NCBI GenBank assembly: GCA_003045935.1
Contig: PZPI01000002.1
Location: 1-38,859 of the forward strand
Direction of reading: 5' to 3'
Length of the DNA: 38,859 nucleotides
DNA from: Bacteroidota bacterium
GTDB lineage: Bacteria; Bacteroidota; Bacteroidia; Flavobacteriales; Flavobacteriaceae
Positions 8,264-17,417 of the stretch are shown here, piece after piece (position 1 is the first letter of the stretch; each line of letters begins with the position of its first letter). The notes beneath the pieces were generated by a model. The model was not told the DNA's origin. It searched no databases and saw nothing but the letters and a program-made list of their open reading frames with translations. Made by a program: the position numbers and the translations under genes.

Positions 8264-8909
8264 CCTTATTTCTCAAGTGATCGCCTTTATTTGGCTTCCT
8301 CACGTGGTAGGTATTATTGGTATCAGTTTAGGGTTTCAAGAGTGGTTCGTTCAAAAGACCGTTTTAAACCTTATCGCTTCTTTTGGATTCTTCGCACTTT
8401 ATTTTCCTGTTCAAAACAGAACGCGCTGGATGCTATTTGGCCTATTCTTCTTAGGCGGGATGACTGTAGAATGGCTCGGTGTGCATTACGGACTATTCTT
8501 CGGAGATTACAGCTATGGAGTTAATTTGGGGCCCAAAATCGATGGCATTCCATTAATAATAGGTGTCTTCTGGGCGGTACTTACCTTTATCACGGCTAGA
8601 ATAGCTAAAGCGATATTGCCAAAGAAAACGACAATTCTTATTGTAGCCGCCTTTGGAGCACTACTCATGGTCGCACTAGATCTTTTGCTTGAACTTCTTG
8701 CCCCTCATTTTGATTACTGGACCTTCAACCCGATCGCGCCTCCATTAGAGAACTACATCAGTTGGTGGGCCTTCGGTTTTGTATTTCAACTGATCTTATT
8801 AGGAGTTGAAAAAGATGAATTTGCAAGCGACAAAGACTCTCTTAGAGTATCTACTCACATTTATTTAGCCCAAGCTCTATTCTTTGGTGCACTTGCGCTA
8901 TTTCGATAG
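8244..8909 (+). CDS. Polytopic membrane carotenoid-biosynthesis protein (CruF-like 1',2'-hydratase family suspected; lycopene-cyclase-domain protein is the alternative)
   Basis: Overlaps the crtD-like 3' end by 20 nt. About 7 hydrophobic segments. GLFFGDYSYGVNLGPKIDGIPLIIGVFW motif recalled from the 'carotenoid biosynthesis protein' family. The paired PxEE cyclase motifs are absent. Confidence 0.5.
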   Translation: MKTSQNNLISQVIAFIWLPHVVGIIGISLGFQEWFVQKTVLNLIASFGFFALYFPVQNRTRWMLFGLFFLGGMTVEWLGVHYGLFFGDYSYGVNLGPKIDGIPLIIGVFWAVLTFITARIAKAILPKKTTILIVAAFGALLMVALDLLLELLAPHFDYWTFNPIAPPLENYISWWAFGFVFQLILLGVEKDEFASDKDSLRVSTHIYLAQALFFGALALFR

Positions 8910-9596
8910 ATTCAATCTATCATAAGAACCGACTATTTCATAAGGCTGAAAACGACTAAATAGCTCTTCACTATACCAGTCTAACTTCTTAGTCATCGAA
9001 ATAGCTGACTGATGCTCCTTTTTTCGATAAGCGAAGGCCATCATCTCTTCTTGTGAATTCCAAATAGAAAAGGTTGCCATATTTCTAAAAGGAATCTCCC
9101 CGATTCCTTTTGTGAAGAGCAATCCCGAGCTTTTAAAAACTCGACTACTCACTGCGGGCACAGCATTCCAGAATCTGAATTGATAACGGGTCTTTATTGT
9201 GGCTCGAGTTATTACTGCAATCCTTTTTTGATGCTCATCTAGTTCTGATGATCGATGAAAAGGATTTACTCCTCCCCATTCACCCTTTGCCTCAATACTT
9301 CGCATAGAAACTCGCAATAATTCAGCACATTTGCGAACATAAGAGGAGTACAACATCGAACTGCTAAAGAAATAAGAAGCAGCATCCTTGTTTTCCCAAA
9401 TTTGAACGAGGGCATAGGTAGACCAATCCGGCCAAGGAGAGAATCCTTGTTTTCCTGTACCCATCAAAAAAAAGCGCTCCTGGCCCTTTACTTTTCGTAA
9501 AGGACCACGAGCGAATTGCATCATTAAAAAGGCCCAGAATTTGGTAGACCATCGATCAAATCGAAAAAAAGTGATCGTAGTTACCTGCTGAGACAT
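8898..9596 (-). CDS. crtA: CrtA-like (spheroidene monooxygenase family) carotenoid oxygenase / 2-hydroxylase
   Basis: N-terminus TTITFFRFDRWSTKFWAFLMMQFARGPLRKVKGQERFFLMGTGKQGFSPWPDWSTYALVQIWE resembles my memory of Rhodobacter CrtA and the flavobacterial CrtA-OH. Convergent with the crt operon, with a 12-nt 3' overlap. Confidence 0.55.
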   Translation of the reverse strand: MSQQVTTITFFRFDRWSTKFWAFLMMQFARGPLRKVKGQERFFLMGTGKQGFSPWPDWSTYALVQIWENKDAASYFFSSSMLYSSYVRKCAELLRVSMRSIEAKGEWGGVNPFHRSSELDEHQKRIAVITRATIKTRYQFRFWNAVPAVSSRVFKSSGLLFTKGIGEIPFRNMATFSIWNSQEEMMAFAYRKKEHQSAISMTKKLDWYSEELFSRFQPYEIVGSYDRLNLSK

Positions 9597-9604
9597 AAGA
9601 TGGT

Positions 9605-11875
9605 TTAAGCGTTCTCCTTTTTAATCACATTAAGGGCAGAACCTTCTACAAACCATCCGATTTGAGAATCATTATAGCTATGATTTACCTTAATAGTATC
9701 TGAGCTACCATCTTTATGGTTAATCACCAAAGTAAGCTGTTTACCTGGAGCAAACCCGTCAATATCAACGAAATCAAAACGATCGTCTTCTTGAATTAAA
9801 TCGTAGTCTGCCTCATTATCAAAGGTAAGCGCTAACATACCTTGCTTCTTAAGGTTAGTCTCATGAATACGAGCAAAAGACTTTACAAGAACAGCAGCCA
9901 CCCCTAAGTGACGAGGCTGCATAGCAGCATGCTCTCTTGAAGAACCTTCACCGTAATTGTGATCTCCTACAACAATAGAATAGATACCATTGGCCTTATA
10001 ATCACGTTGGGTGTCAGGAACCGCGCCGTATTCTCCTGTCAATTGATTCTTAACCAAATTAGTTTGTTGATTGAATGCATTGACTGCACCAATTAGGGTG
10101 TTATTTGCGATATTATCTAGATGACCTCTATAACGCAACCATGGCCCAGCCATAGAAATGTGGTCGGTAGTACATTTTCCGAAAGCCTTAATCAGTAACG
10201 GAATATTCTTTAATCCACCTCGGCTGATTGGAATAAAAGGATCTAATAACTGAAGTCTTTGAGACTCTGGAGACACTTTTACAGAAACTCCACTACCATC
10301 CTCTACAGGTGAAACATAACCTGCATCTTCAACAGCAAAACCTTCTGGAGGTAGCTCGTACCCTCTTGGTTCATCTAATTTTACCTCTTCACCCTCATCA
10401 TTGATCAGTGTGTCAGTCATTGGATTAAAGTCTAAACGACCTGCAATCGCAATTGCAGTTACAAGCTCAGGAGAACCTACAAATGCGAGGGTGTTAGGGT
10501 TACCGTCTGCACGCTTCGCAAAGTTTCTATTAAATGAGTGCACGATAGTGTTTCTAGGTGCATCTGCTGCATTATCACCATAGCGATCCCACATACCAAT
10601 ACATGGTCCACAAGCATTGGCAAAAACAGTAGCACCGATAGCGTTGAACGTGTCGATGAATCCGTCGCGATCAATCGTGTAACGAACCTGTTCTGATCCC
10701 GGTGTAATCTTGAATTTAGCCTTGGTGGTTAGTTTCTTGTCTGCAACCTGTTTTGCAAGTGAAGCCGCTCTCGAAATATCTTCATAAGAAGAGTTCGTAC
10801 AAGAACCGATTAGACCTACCTCCACTTGAAGTGGCCAATCGTTTGTCTTAGCAACTTCAGACATTTTCGAAATTGGTGTAGCTAAGTCTGGAGTAAATGG
10901 TCCGTTAAGGTGCGGCTCAAGAGTTGAAAGATCAATTTCGATTACTTGATCGAAATACTGCTCTGGATTCGCGTATACTTCAGGATCAGCAGTGAGGTGC
11001 TCTTTAACTTCAAAAGCAGCATCAGCAACGTCTGCGCGATTAGTAGCTCTTAAGTAGCGATCCATCGATTCATCGTATCCGAAGGTAGAAGTAGTAGCAC
11101 CTACTTCAGCTCCCATATTACAGATGGTTCCTTTACCAGTACATGACATACTTGTTGCTCCTTCACCAAAATACTCGATGATTGCTCCAGTACCTCCTTT
11201 AACAGTTAGAATATCAGCTACTTTTAGAATAACGTCCTTAGGAGCTGTCCATCCTGAAAGTTTACCCGTTAGTTTAATACCGATAAGTTTAGGGAATTTC
11301 AGTTCCCATGCCATACCTGACATAACATCAACAGCGTCAGCACCACCAACACCAACTGCAATCATTCCCAATCCACCAGCATTTACTGTGTGAGAGTCAG
11401 TCCCGATCATCATCCCTCCTGGGAAAGCATAGTTTTCAAGTACCACCTGGTGAATAATTCCTGCACCTGGTTTCCAGAATCCAATACCGTATTTATTTGA
11501 AATAGAACCTAAAAAGTCGAAGACCTCGTTTGAAGTTTCATTCGCTCTCTTTAAATCCTCACTTGCTCCTTGTTTTGCCTGGATAAGGTGATCACAATGA
11601 ACGGTAGTTGGAACGGCAACTTTAGACTTGCCTGCATGCATGAATTGAAGTAGTGCCATTTGAGCGGTAGCATCTTGGCAGGCAACACGATCTGGAGTAA
11701 AATCTACATAGTCTACTCCGCGCTTAAAAACAGTCGAGGGAGTACCATCCCAAAGATGACTGTAAAGAATCTTTTCAGAGAGAGTTAATGGTCTACCCGT
11801 GAGATTGCGAGCAGCTTCAACACGAGCGCCCATTCGCCCATAAACCTCCTTGATCATTTCAATATCGAATGCCAT
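9605..11875 (-). CDS. Aconitate hydratase (mitochondrial-type, ~755 aa)
   Basis: Fe-S ligand motifs [17 protein letters not shown] and [10 protein letters not shown]-terminal swivel domain with [10 protein letters not shown]. Confidence 0.95.
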   Translation of the reverse strand: MAFDIEMIKEVYGRMGARVEAARNLTGRPLTLSEKILYSHLWDGTPSTVFKRGVDYVDFTPDRVACQDATAQMALLQFMHAGKSKVAVPTTVHCDHLIQAKQGASEDLKRANETSNEVFDFLGSISNKYGIGFWKPGAGIIHQVVLENYAFPGGMMIGTDSHTVNAGGLGMIAVGVGGADAVDVMSGMAWELKFPKLIGIKLTGKLSGWTAPKDVILKVADILTVKGGTGAIIEYFGEGATSMSCTGKGTICNMGAEVGATTSTFGYDESMDRYLRATNRADVADAAFEVKEHLTADPEVYANPEQYFDQVIEIDLSTLEPHLNGPFTPDLATPISKMSEVAKTNDWPLQVEVGLIGSCTNSSYEDISRAASLAKQVADKKLTTKAKFKITPGSEQVRYTIDRDGFIDTFNAIGATVFANACGPCIGMWDRYGDNAADAPRNTIVHSFNRNFAKRADGNPNTLAFVGSPELVTAIAIAGRLDFNPMTDTLINDEGEEVKLDEPRGYELPPEGFAVEDAGYVSPVEDGSGVSVKVSPESQRLQLLDPFIPISRGGLKNIPLLIKAFGKCTTDHISMAGPWLRYRGHLDNIANNTLIGAVNAFNQQTNLVKNQLTGEYGAVPDTQRDYKANGIYSIVVGDHNYGEGSSREHAAMQPRHLGVAAVLVKSFARIHETNLKKQGMLALTFDNEADYDLIQEDDRFDFVDIDGFAPGKQLTLVINHKDGSSDTIKVNHSYNDSQIGWFVEGSALNVIKKENA

Positions 11876-11929
11876 ATACAGTGTGTTTAATTATCTATTT
11901 TTTGCGTGCGTGAAATTACGAATATTCAC

Positions 11930-13312
11930 TTATTTCTTCAGCCAATTACTAGTAAAATCGCAGTCTTTTCTAGAGTCATTAATTTGAACGTAGGTTTGTT
12001 TAATTTTCTCTGAAATCCACTTTTCGATGAGTTTGCGTTCTTTATCTGCAAGAGCTAATTCTTTAATCTTAGTATAATCTCGAGCAAAGTCTGCCATGTG
12101 CTCGTCGTAACGATTAGCAATCTTCATGATTTTAAATTTAGGAGCTCCCCCTCTTGGATCATCTTCGCGAATAGGTTTTGATATTTCATTGTCTCTTAAA
12201 CGTGCAACCTGATTATACAAAGTAGGATCCATATTCGTCAACTCAAATCGAGCACTGTAATCTTGCGGATTTCGAAGGATTCCTCCATCATATTTAGTTT
12301 CTGTCTCGTCTGAAAATTGTAAAGCCGCCTCTTCAAAACTTAATCGATCGGCAATAATTTCGTTTCGAATACTATCTAACTGGGTTTGTGCTGCTGTAAT
12401 TTGTTCGTTAGAAATTTCAGGTATCAATAGAATGTGTCTCAAGTCAACTTCTTGGCCTCGGATCTTCTCCACTAAGATAATGTGATAACCAAAGTCTGTT
12501 TCGAATGGCTCGGAGATCTCTCCTTCACGAAGTGAAAAGGCCACATCCTTGAATTCCTTAACAAACGGAGTCTCTCGGGTCATACTGTAGGCTCCCCCGC
12601 TTGACTTCGAACCAGGATCTTGACTGTACAGAATCGCCTTAACACTGAAACTAGAACCATTTTCAATGACGTCTTGACGAATTTGTTCTAGACGTTGAAT
12701 GATACGACGCTTCTCCTCCTCAGAGGGTTTCGGTTGTTTCACAATTTGAGCGATCTCTAATTCAGCTCCAAAAACTGGCCGCTTAGTGATCGGAATATCA
12801 TAGAAAAACTGACGAACTTCTTCAGGAGTCACCTCCACCTCGCCAACAATTTCCATTTTCATCTTTTCTGCAAGCATTCTAAGCTTATTGATATCGTAGA
12901 GCTCATCTTTAAAAGATTGTAGGTCAGGTTGATTGTAAAACTCTAAAACCTTCTCAACCGATCCAATCTGGCTTGCTAACTGTTGAATCTGACGGTCACT
13001 GGTTGTATTTACTTCTGTATCTGAAACCAGTAAACTGTCTTGAACAGCCTGGTGCGCATACAAACGGTCTTCCATTAGTTTACCTAACAACTGGCAATCG
13101 CTAATTTCACCGGCGGCAGCTCCTTGATTCTCGATATCTACTTTGAGCTTTTCGATATCAGAATCTAAAATCACATAGTCACCCACCACAGCAGTAACCC
13201 CATCAATCTTAACTCTTCGAGTTGATTGTGCGTTAGCCGTGAATGAAAAAGTAAGTAGTGCTAAGAGAAAAAATCTAACGGAAAATTTCAAAGTTTCCTT
13301 TACGTAGGGCAT
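11930..13312 (-). CDS. SurA-like periplasmic peptidyl-prolyl isomerase / chaperone
   Basis: Start moved to MPYVKETLKFSVRFFLLALLTFSFTANAQ (signal peptide). Parvulin motifs FSDETETKYDGG and FGYHIILVEK. Confidence 0.8.
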   Translation of the reverse strand: MPYVKETLKFSVRFFLLALLTFSFTANAQSTRRVKIDGVTAVVGDYVILDSDIEKLKVDIENQGAAAGEISDCQLLGKLMEDRLYAHQAVQDSLLVSDTEVNTTSDRQIQQLASQIGSVEKVLEFYNQPDLQSFKDELYDINKLRMLAEKMKMEIVGEVEVTPEEVRQFFYDIPITKRPVFGAELEIAQIVKQPKPSEEEKRRIIQRLEQIRQDVIENGSSFSVKAILYSQDPGSKSSGGAYSMTRETPFVKEFKDVAFSLREGEISEPFETDFGYHIILVEKIRGQEVDLRHILLIPEISNEQITAAQTQLDSIRNEIIADRLSFEEAALQFSDETETKYDGGILRNPQDYSARFELTNMDPTLYNQVARLRDNEISKPIREDDPRGGAPKFKIMKIANRYDEHMADFARDYTKIKELALADKERKLIEKWISEKIKQTYVQINDSRKDCDFTSNWLKK

Positions 13313-14144
13313 CTTTAAGTAATTGTTTTTGAATGTTATCAATTCGGTCAAATTGGTTTCTATTGTCTAAAATTTGCTGAAGTTCTGTCTCTGCAAAAGT
13401 AAAAGGGGCAATATCGCCTTTTTTTCTCGTATCTAGAACCTGTCCGTAGTAATATCCGATACTATCTTGAAGACTAAAGAACTGATACGGCTTTAGATAA
13501 CTCTTGGCATTCTGATAAGTAAGGGGTCGAATGCGTTCAATGATCGATGAACTGCGCACCCAAAGAGAATCGTTTAGATAAACTTCAGTCAGATAATTAT
13601 GGCTACTTAGAGAGTCTATAAATAGGCGATCAGTTTCATTATACCTCTTAAAACGTTCTTCAATTTCATCAGGCTTGGTATATGAAGAACTAAGCGCTAT
13701 GAATCGCAGTTTAATTAGATCTTCATCTAGTAAAAGACTTGATTTTTCTTTATCGTAAAGCGCACGAAGCGCTTCTTCTTCGATTAAAGTGTCGTTACCA
13801 ATAGAAGCAATGGTATTGTAATACGCTTGAGTATATAATTCGATACGATAATTTTCAACCATGCGATCAAGTTCCCATTGATCTGACTCTGAGAGGTAAT
13901 TCAGGGCATTTTCCAAAGAAAGTCTCTTTGCCGCCCACGATTCAATAAAATCGTATTGTGCTGACACAATAGAAAGCGAGTCAGCTAAATAAGAAAAATC
14001 AGGTAAGTCAGATTTATAAAGGACGTAGCGCCCTACTCGCGCGACAGTCTCGGCGTTAGGCTCCTCAGAAACGATGAGATCACAACTACTTAAAAAGAGT
14101 AGCAGAAAAGAAGCAATGGTAAGCCCGAGCCTAATACGATTCAT
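13275..14144 (-). CDS. Hypothetical lipoprotein upstream of the surA-like gene
   Basis: Start taken at MNRIRLGLTIASFLLLFLSSC (lipobox). No catalytic motif recognised. The position upstream of the PPIase gene suggests a chaperone-type partner. Confidence 0.55.
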   Translation of the reverse strand: MNRIRLGLTIASFLLLFLSSCDLIVSEEPNAETVARVGRYVLYKSDLPDFSYLADSLSIVSAQYDFIESWAAKRLSLENALNYLSESDQWELDRMVENYRIELYTQAYYNTIASIGNDTLIEEEALRALYDKEKSSLLLDEDLIKLRFIALSSSYTKPDEIEERFKRYNETDRLFIDSLSSHNYLTEVYLNDSLWVRSSSIIERIRPLTYQNAKSYLKPYQFFSLQDSIGYYYGQVLDTRKKGDIAPFTFAETELQQILDNRNQFDRIDNIQKQLLKDALRKGNFEIFR

Positions 14145-14184
14145 AAATTCAAAATTAAGCATAATCGTTGGTATCTTTGAACCT

Positions 14185-14451
14185 ATGAAACCAAAACAGA
14201 TTCAGCTTCTTTGGGACTTCAGAGGCCCTGCTTCAGAACCTACTGCAACACACTTTCTAGAGCATTTACTCCAATACCTAAATCAACCGAATAATCAAGA
14301 TATTATTCATGCTGATTCTGGCACTAAAGTGACCAATATATCCTTGTGTTCAGTATTCCTTAACACATCGATAGAAAGTCTAGAAAAATTAAAATCCGAT
14401 TTAAAACCGCACAGAGGAGTTTATATTGATGACTCTACCGGTTCGGCATAA
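14185..14451 (+). CDS. Small hypothetical protein (88 aa)
   Basis: This ATG-initiated part of track ORF 14074..14451 exactly fills the 260-bp gap between two minus-strand genes. A TATCTTTG box sits at 14172-14179. Its 3' end overlaps the rimO stop region by 31 nt. Confidence 0.4.
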   Translation: MKPKQIQLLWDFRGPASEPTATHFLEHLLQYLNQPNNQDIIHADSGTKVTNISLCSVFLNTSIESLEKLKSDLKPHRGVYIDDSTGSA

Positions 14452-15734
14452 AGATCAAAATCTGCTGCCTCTACAATTTTAAGATCAACAAAATCACCAA
14501 CGCGCAAGTAATGTTTCTTGGCATCTACTAACACCTCATTATCTACTTCAGGTGAGTCAAATTCGGTTCGAGCTACAAAAAAGCCATCTTCTACTCGATC
14601 TACAAGACATCTATAAACTCCACCGACATACCTTTGATTAAGCTCCCAAGAAATCTGTCCTTGGATTTCCATGATTTCTGCAGCTCGCTGCTCTTTGATT
14701 TCTTCAGGAACATCATCTTCTAACTGATAGGCATGAGTGTTTTCTTCATGGGAATAAGTAAAGCATCCGAGACGCTCAAATCGCGTTTCTTTCACCCAAT
14801 TTTTCAACACCTCAAAATCTTCTTCTGTCTCACCCGGATATCCTACAATAAGTGTAGTTCGAATCGCCATACCCGGAACAGAGTCTCTAAATTTTCGCAG
14901 CAGCTGGTCAGTTTTAGCCTTGGTTGTACCTCGGCGCATACTTTTAAGTACTGGGTCGGCTATATGTTGAAGAGGAATATCGATGTAATTACAAACCTTT
15001 GGCTCGTTAGCGATAACCTCAAGAACGTCTTCAGGGAATCCGGTAGGAAAAGCATAATGCAATCGAATCCAATCAATCCCATCAACTTTTACTAATGCTT
15101 TAAGAAGTCTCCCTAACGCTCGCTCTTTGTATAAATCAAGACCATAAAAAGTTAAATCTTGGGCAATTAAAATTAACTCTTTAACCCCCTTTGCAGCTAA
15201 AACCTCAGCCTCAGTTACCAAATCCTCAATAGGTGTTGATCGGTGAGAGCCTCTCATCAGAGGGATAGCACAGAAAGAACAAGGTCGGTCACAACCCTCA
15301 GAAATTTTCAAATAGGCAAAGTGCTTAGGAGTGCTATTTAAGCGCTCTCCGACTAGTTCATGTTTGTAATCAGCTCCTAAGGTCTTTAGAAGTTCTGGGA
15401 GGTTTCGAGTACCGAAATAACGATCAACATCAGGAATTTCTTTCTCTAAATCTTCTTTGTAGCGCTCACTTAAACAGCCTGTTACGTAAACCTTCTCAAC
15501 CCTCCCTTGGTTTTTTTGATCTACGAAATGAAGAATAGTATCAATACTTTCCTGCTTGGCATTAGCAATAAAGCCACAAGTATTAATCACTACAACCTCA
15601 CCCTGTCCTTCGTGTACCACCTCTTTACCGTTGGCCTTTAGCTGACCGCTAAGAACTTCAGAATCGTAAATATTCTTGCTGCACCCTAGTGTTACTACGT
15701 TAATTTTCTTTGGGCGGATAGATTTTGTCCTCAT
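14421..15734 (-). CDS. rimO: Ribosomal protein S12 methylthiotransferase
   Basis: KINVVTLGCSKNIYDSE UPF0004 domain, radical-SAM CDRPCSFCAIP, C-terminal TRAM domain, 437 aa. Confidence 0.9.
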   Translation of the reverse strand: MRTKSIRPKKINVVTLGCSKNIYDSEVLSGQLKANGKEVVHEGQGEVVVINTCGFIANAKQESIDTILHFVDQKNQGRVEKVYVTGCLSERYKEDLEKEIPDVDRYFGTRNLPELLKTLGADYKHELVGERLNSTPKHFAYLKISEGCDRPCSFCAIPLMRGSHRSTPIEDLVTEAEVLAAKGVKELILIAQDLTFYGLDLYKERALGRLLKALVKVDGIDWIRLHYAFPTGFPEDVLEVIANEPKVCNYIDIPLQHIADPVLKSMRRGTTKAKTDQLLRKFRDSVPGMAIRTTLIVGYPGETEEDFEVLKNWVKETRFERLGCFTYSHEENTHAYQLEDDVPEEIKEQRAAEIMEIQGQISWELNQRYVGGVYRCLVDRVEDGFFVARTEFDSPEVDNEVLVDAKKHYLRVGDFVDLKIVEAADFDLYAEPVESSI

Positions 15735-15736
15735 TA

Positions 15737-16687
15737 CTAAACTTCAAAAAAAGTATCTACAAATCGCTCAGCATCGAAGGGTTGAAGATCTTCAATTCCT
15801 TCTCCGACACCAATAAATCGAACGGGTATATTAAATTGGTCCGAAATGCCTAAAACCACTCCCCCTTTAGCACTGCCATCTAACTTGGTGACCGCAAGAG
15901 AGGTAACCTCTGTAGCAGCGCTGAACTGTTTCGCTTGTTCAAACGCATTCTGACCTGTAGAACCGTCAAGTACCAGTAATACCTCATGAGGAGCATCAGC
16001 TATCACCTTAGACATTACTCGTTTAATTTTAGACAATTCATTCATCAGATTGATCTTATTATGTAAACGGCCCGCTGTATCTACGAGTAATACATCGACA
16101 TCAGATGAAACCGCCTTGTTAACAGCCTCATAGGCTACCGCAGCAGGATCTGCATTAGCAGCAAGCTTGACTAGAGGGACATCTGCGCGTTCTGACCAAA
16201 CCTCTAGCTGATCGACAGCAGCAGCTCTAAAGGTATCAGCAGCTGCAAGCATTACTTTTTTGCCCTCATCAGACCACTTTTTCGCTAGCTTACCGATAGT
16301 GGTTGTTTTTCCAACACCATTAACCCCAACAACCATAATAATCGCGAGCTTACCAGTCGCAGAAGCCCCTAGCTCACTAACCTCATTTGATTTAAAGAGC
16401 GACTTAATTTCATCCTTTAAAAGAAAATTCAACTGATCAGTTCCTAAATAAGGATCCTTCTGAACACGTGCCTCTAATCGATCAATAATTTTCAGCGTAG
16501 TATCAACTCCTACATCAGAAGCAATTAAAACCTCTTCAAGGTTATCTAAAACCTCTGCATCGATTGTCTTTTTACCAGCAACAGCGGTAGCAACCTTGGA
16601 GAAAAAACCTTGTTTAGATTTTTCTAAACCCTTATCGAGGGCTTCTTTATTAACGCTCCCGCTAAACCATTTATCAAATAATCCCAT
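15737..16687 (-). CDS. ftsY: Signal recognition particle receptor
   Basis: GVNGVGKTTTIGKLA P-loop, DTAGRL, TKLDGSAKGG. Confidence 0.95.
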   Translation of the reverse strand: MGLFDKWFSGSVNKEALDKGLEKSKQGFFSKVATAVAGKKTIDAEVLDNLEEVLIASDVGVDTTLKIIDRLEARVQKDPYLGTDQLNFLLKDEIKSLFKSNEVSELGASATGKLAIIMVVGVNGVGKTTTIGKLAKKWSDEGKKVMLAAADTFRAAAVDQLEVWSERADVPLVKLAANADPAAVAYEAVNKAVSSDVDVLLVDTAGRLHNKINLMNELSKIKRVMSKVIADAPHEVLLVLDGSTGQNAFEQAKQFSAATEVTSLAVTKLDGSAKGGVVLGISDQFNIPVRFIGVGEGIEDLQPFDAERFVDTFFEV

Positions 16688-16718
16688 GAGATAAAATTAC
16701 GAACTGATTGAGTACAAA

Positions 16719-16740
16719 AAAAGCCGCTTGAAGCGGCTTT
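16719..16740 (-). terminator. Rho-independent terminator after the rpmB-rpmG-DUF4295 operon
   Basis: AAAGCCGCTT/AAGCGGCTTT hairpin, followed on the minus strand by a T-run. Confidence 0.6.
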
Positions 16741-16761
16741 AACTCAAATGCTAACGTTCAA

Positions 16762-16914
16762 TTACTTAGCGTTTAACCAATCGTTTACAAGCTCAGGAGC
16801 CATAACTGATTCAACAAAAGTATAAGCGCCAGTCTTAGGTGAGCGAACCATTTTAATCGCTTTGGTAAGACGCTTTGAACTAGTCTGTAATGATGCTACT
16901 GTTTTCTTTGCCAT
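16762..16914 (-). CDS. DUF4295 small protein (50 aa)
   Basis: Hand translation: [50 protein letters not shown]. Its ATG overlaps the rpmG stop (TAATG). Below the ORF-track length cutoff. A conserved partner of rpmG in Bacteroidota. Confidence 0.75.
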   Translation of the reverse strand: MAKKTVASLQTSSKRLTKAIKMVRSPKTGAYTFVESVMAPELVNDWLNAK

Positions 16915-17096
16915 TACTTAATCTCTTTATGAACCGTCATCTTTTTAAGAATCGGGTTGAATTTTTTAATTTCTATACGATCAGGAGTGTTCTTCTTGTT
17001 CTTAGTTGTAATATAACGAGAAGTACCAGGCATACCTGATGTCTTATGCTCTGTACACTCTAAAATTACTTGAACTCTATTACCTTTCTTTGCCAT
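16914..17096 (-). CDS. rpmG: 50S ribosomal protein L33
   Basis: [48 protein letters not shown]. Confidence 0.95.
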   Translation of the reverse strand: MAKKGNRVQVILECTEHKTSGMPGTSRYITTKNKKNTPDRIEIKKFNPILKKMTVHKEIK

Positions 17097-17106
17097 GGCT
17101 ACTTAA

Positions 17107-17343
17107 TTATTTAATGAAACCTTTAGCCTTTGATTCCTTCAGAACCTCAGTGATTCCTTTTTTATCGATAATCTTAACCCCTTTCGATGAAACGTTCAGC
17201 GTCACCCAACGGTCTTCACCTGGGACATAGAATCGTTTCTTGCTGATGTTAACATCAAAACGACGCTTCGTTTTATTAATCGAGAACGACACATTGTTAC
17301 CGAACATCACTTTCTTTCCAGTAACTTCACAAATTTTCGCCAT
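17107..17343 (-). CDS. rpmB: 50S ribosomal protein L28
   Basis: MAKICEVTGKKVMFGNNVSFSINKTKRRFDVN. Confidence 0.95.
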   Translation of the reverse strand: MAKICEVTGKKVMFGNNVSFSINKTKRRFDVNISKKRFYVPGEDRWVTLNVSSKGVKIIDKKGITEVLKESKAKGFIK

Positions 17344-17378
17344 CGTTATTGTTCTTTAAATCCTATTTTAAGAGTGTG

Positions 17379-17386
17379 CAAATGTA
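17379..17386 (-). promoter_or_regulatory. Candidate -7 promoter box (TACATTTG) for rpmB
   Basis: Exact TAnnTTTG match on the minus strand, 35 nt upstream of the rpmB ATG. Confidence 0.35.
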
Positions 17387-17417
17387 GGAGTTAAAATAGA
17401 AATGCACAAGCAGTACA

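Noticed and set aside
8244-8909. Calling the 221-aa membrane protein a fused CrtYc/Yd lycopene cyclase outright.
   Set aside because: I could not find the two PxEE-type motifs expected of lycopene-cyclase domains. Only one weak PPLEN is present. The call is left as an ambiguous carotenoid membrane protein, leaning CruF-like.
10401-11393. Track ORFs 10401..10583(+), 10477..10674(-, other frame) and 11124..11393(+) inside the aconitase gene.
   Set aside because: They are embedded in or antisense to a full-length, motif-complete aconitase. Their products are low-complexity (Ser/Pro/Thr-rich), typical of shadow frames. The same reasoning applies to 858..1130, 1309..1500, 1775..1966, 3882..4079, 4432..4629, 4710..4946, 7930..8244, 8291..8524, 9364..9552, 14733..15095, 17039..17230, 18439..18699, 20350..20550, 21229..21495, 22238..22441, 23033..23218, 24338..24541, 25613..25828, 27325..27561, 27913..28142, 28985..29230, 30633..30941, 32903..33103, 34418..34678, 35756..36025, 37069..37281 and 37176..37487.
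14074-14184. The long form of plus-strand ORF 14074..14451.
   Set aside because: Its first 37 codons overlap the N-terminus of the minus-strand lipoprotein gene and read as a shadow frame. Only the part from ATG 14185, which fills the intergenic gap, is retained, at low confidence.
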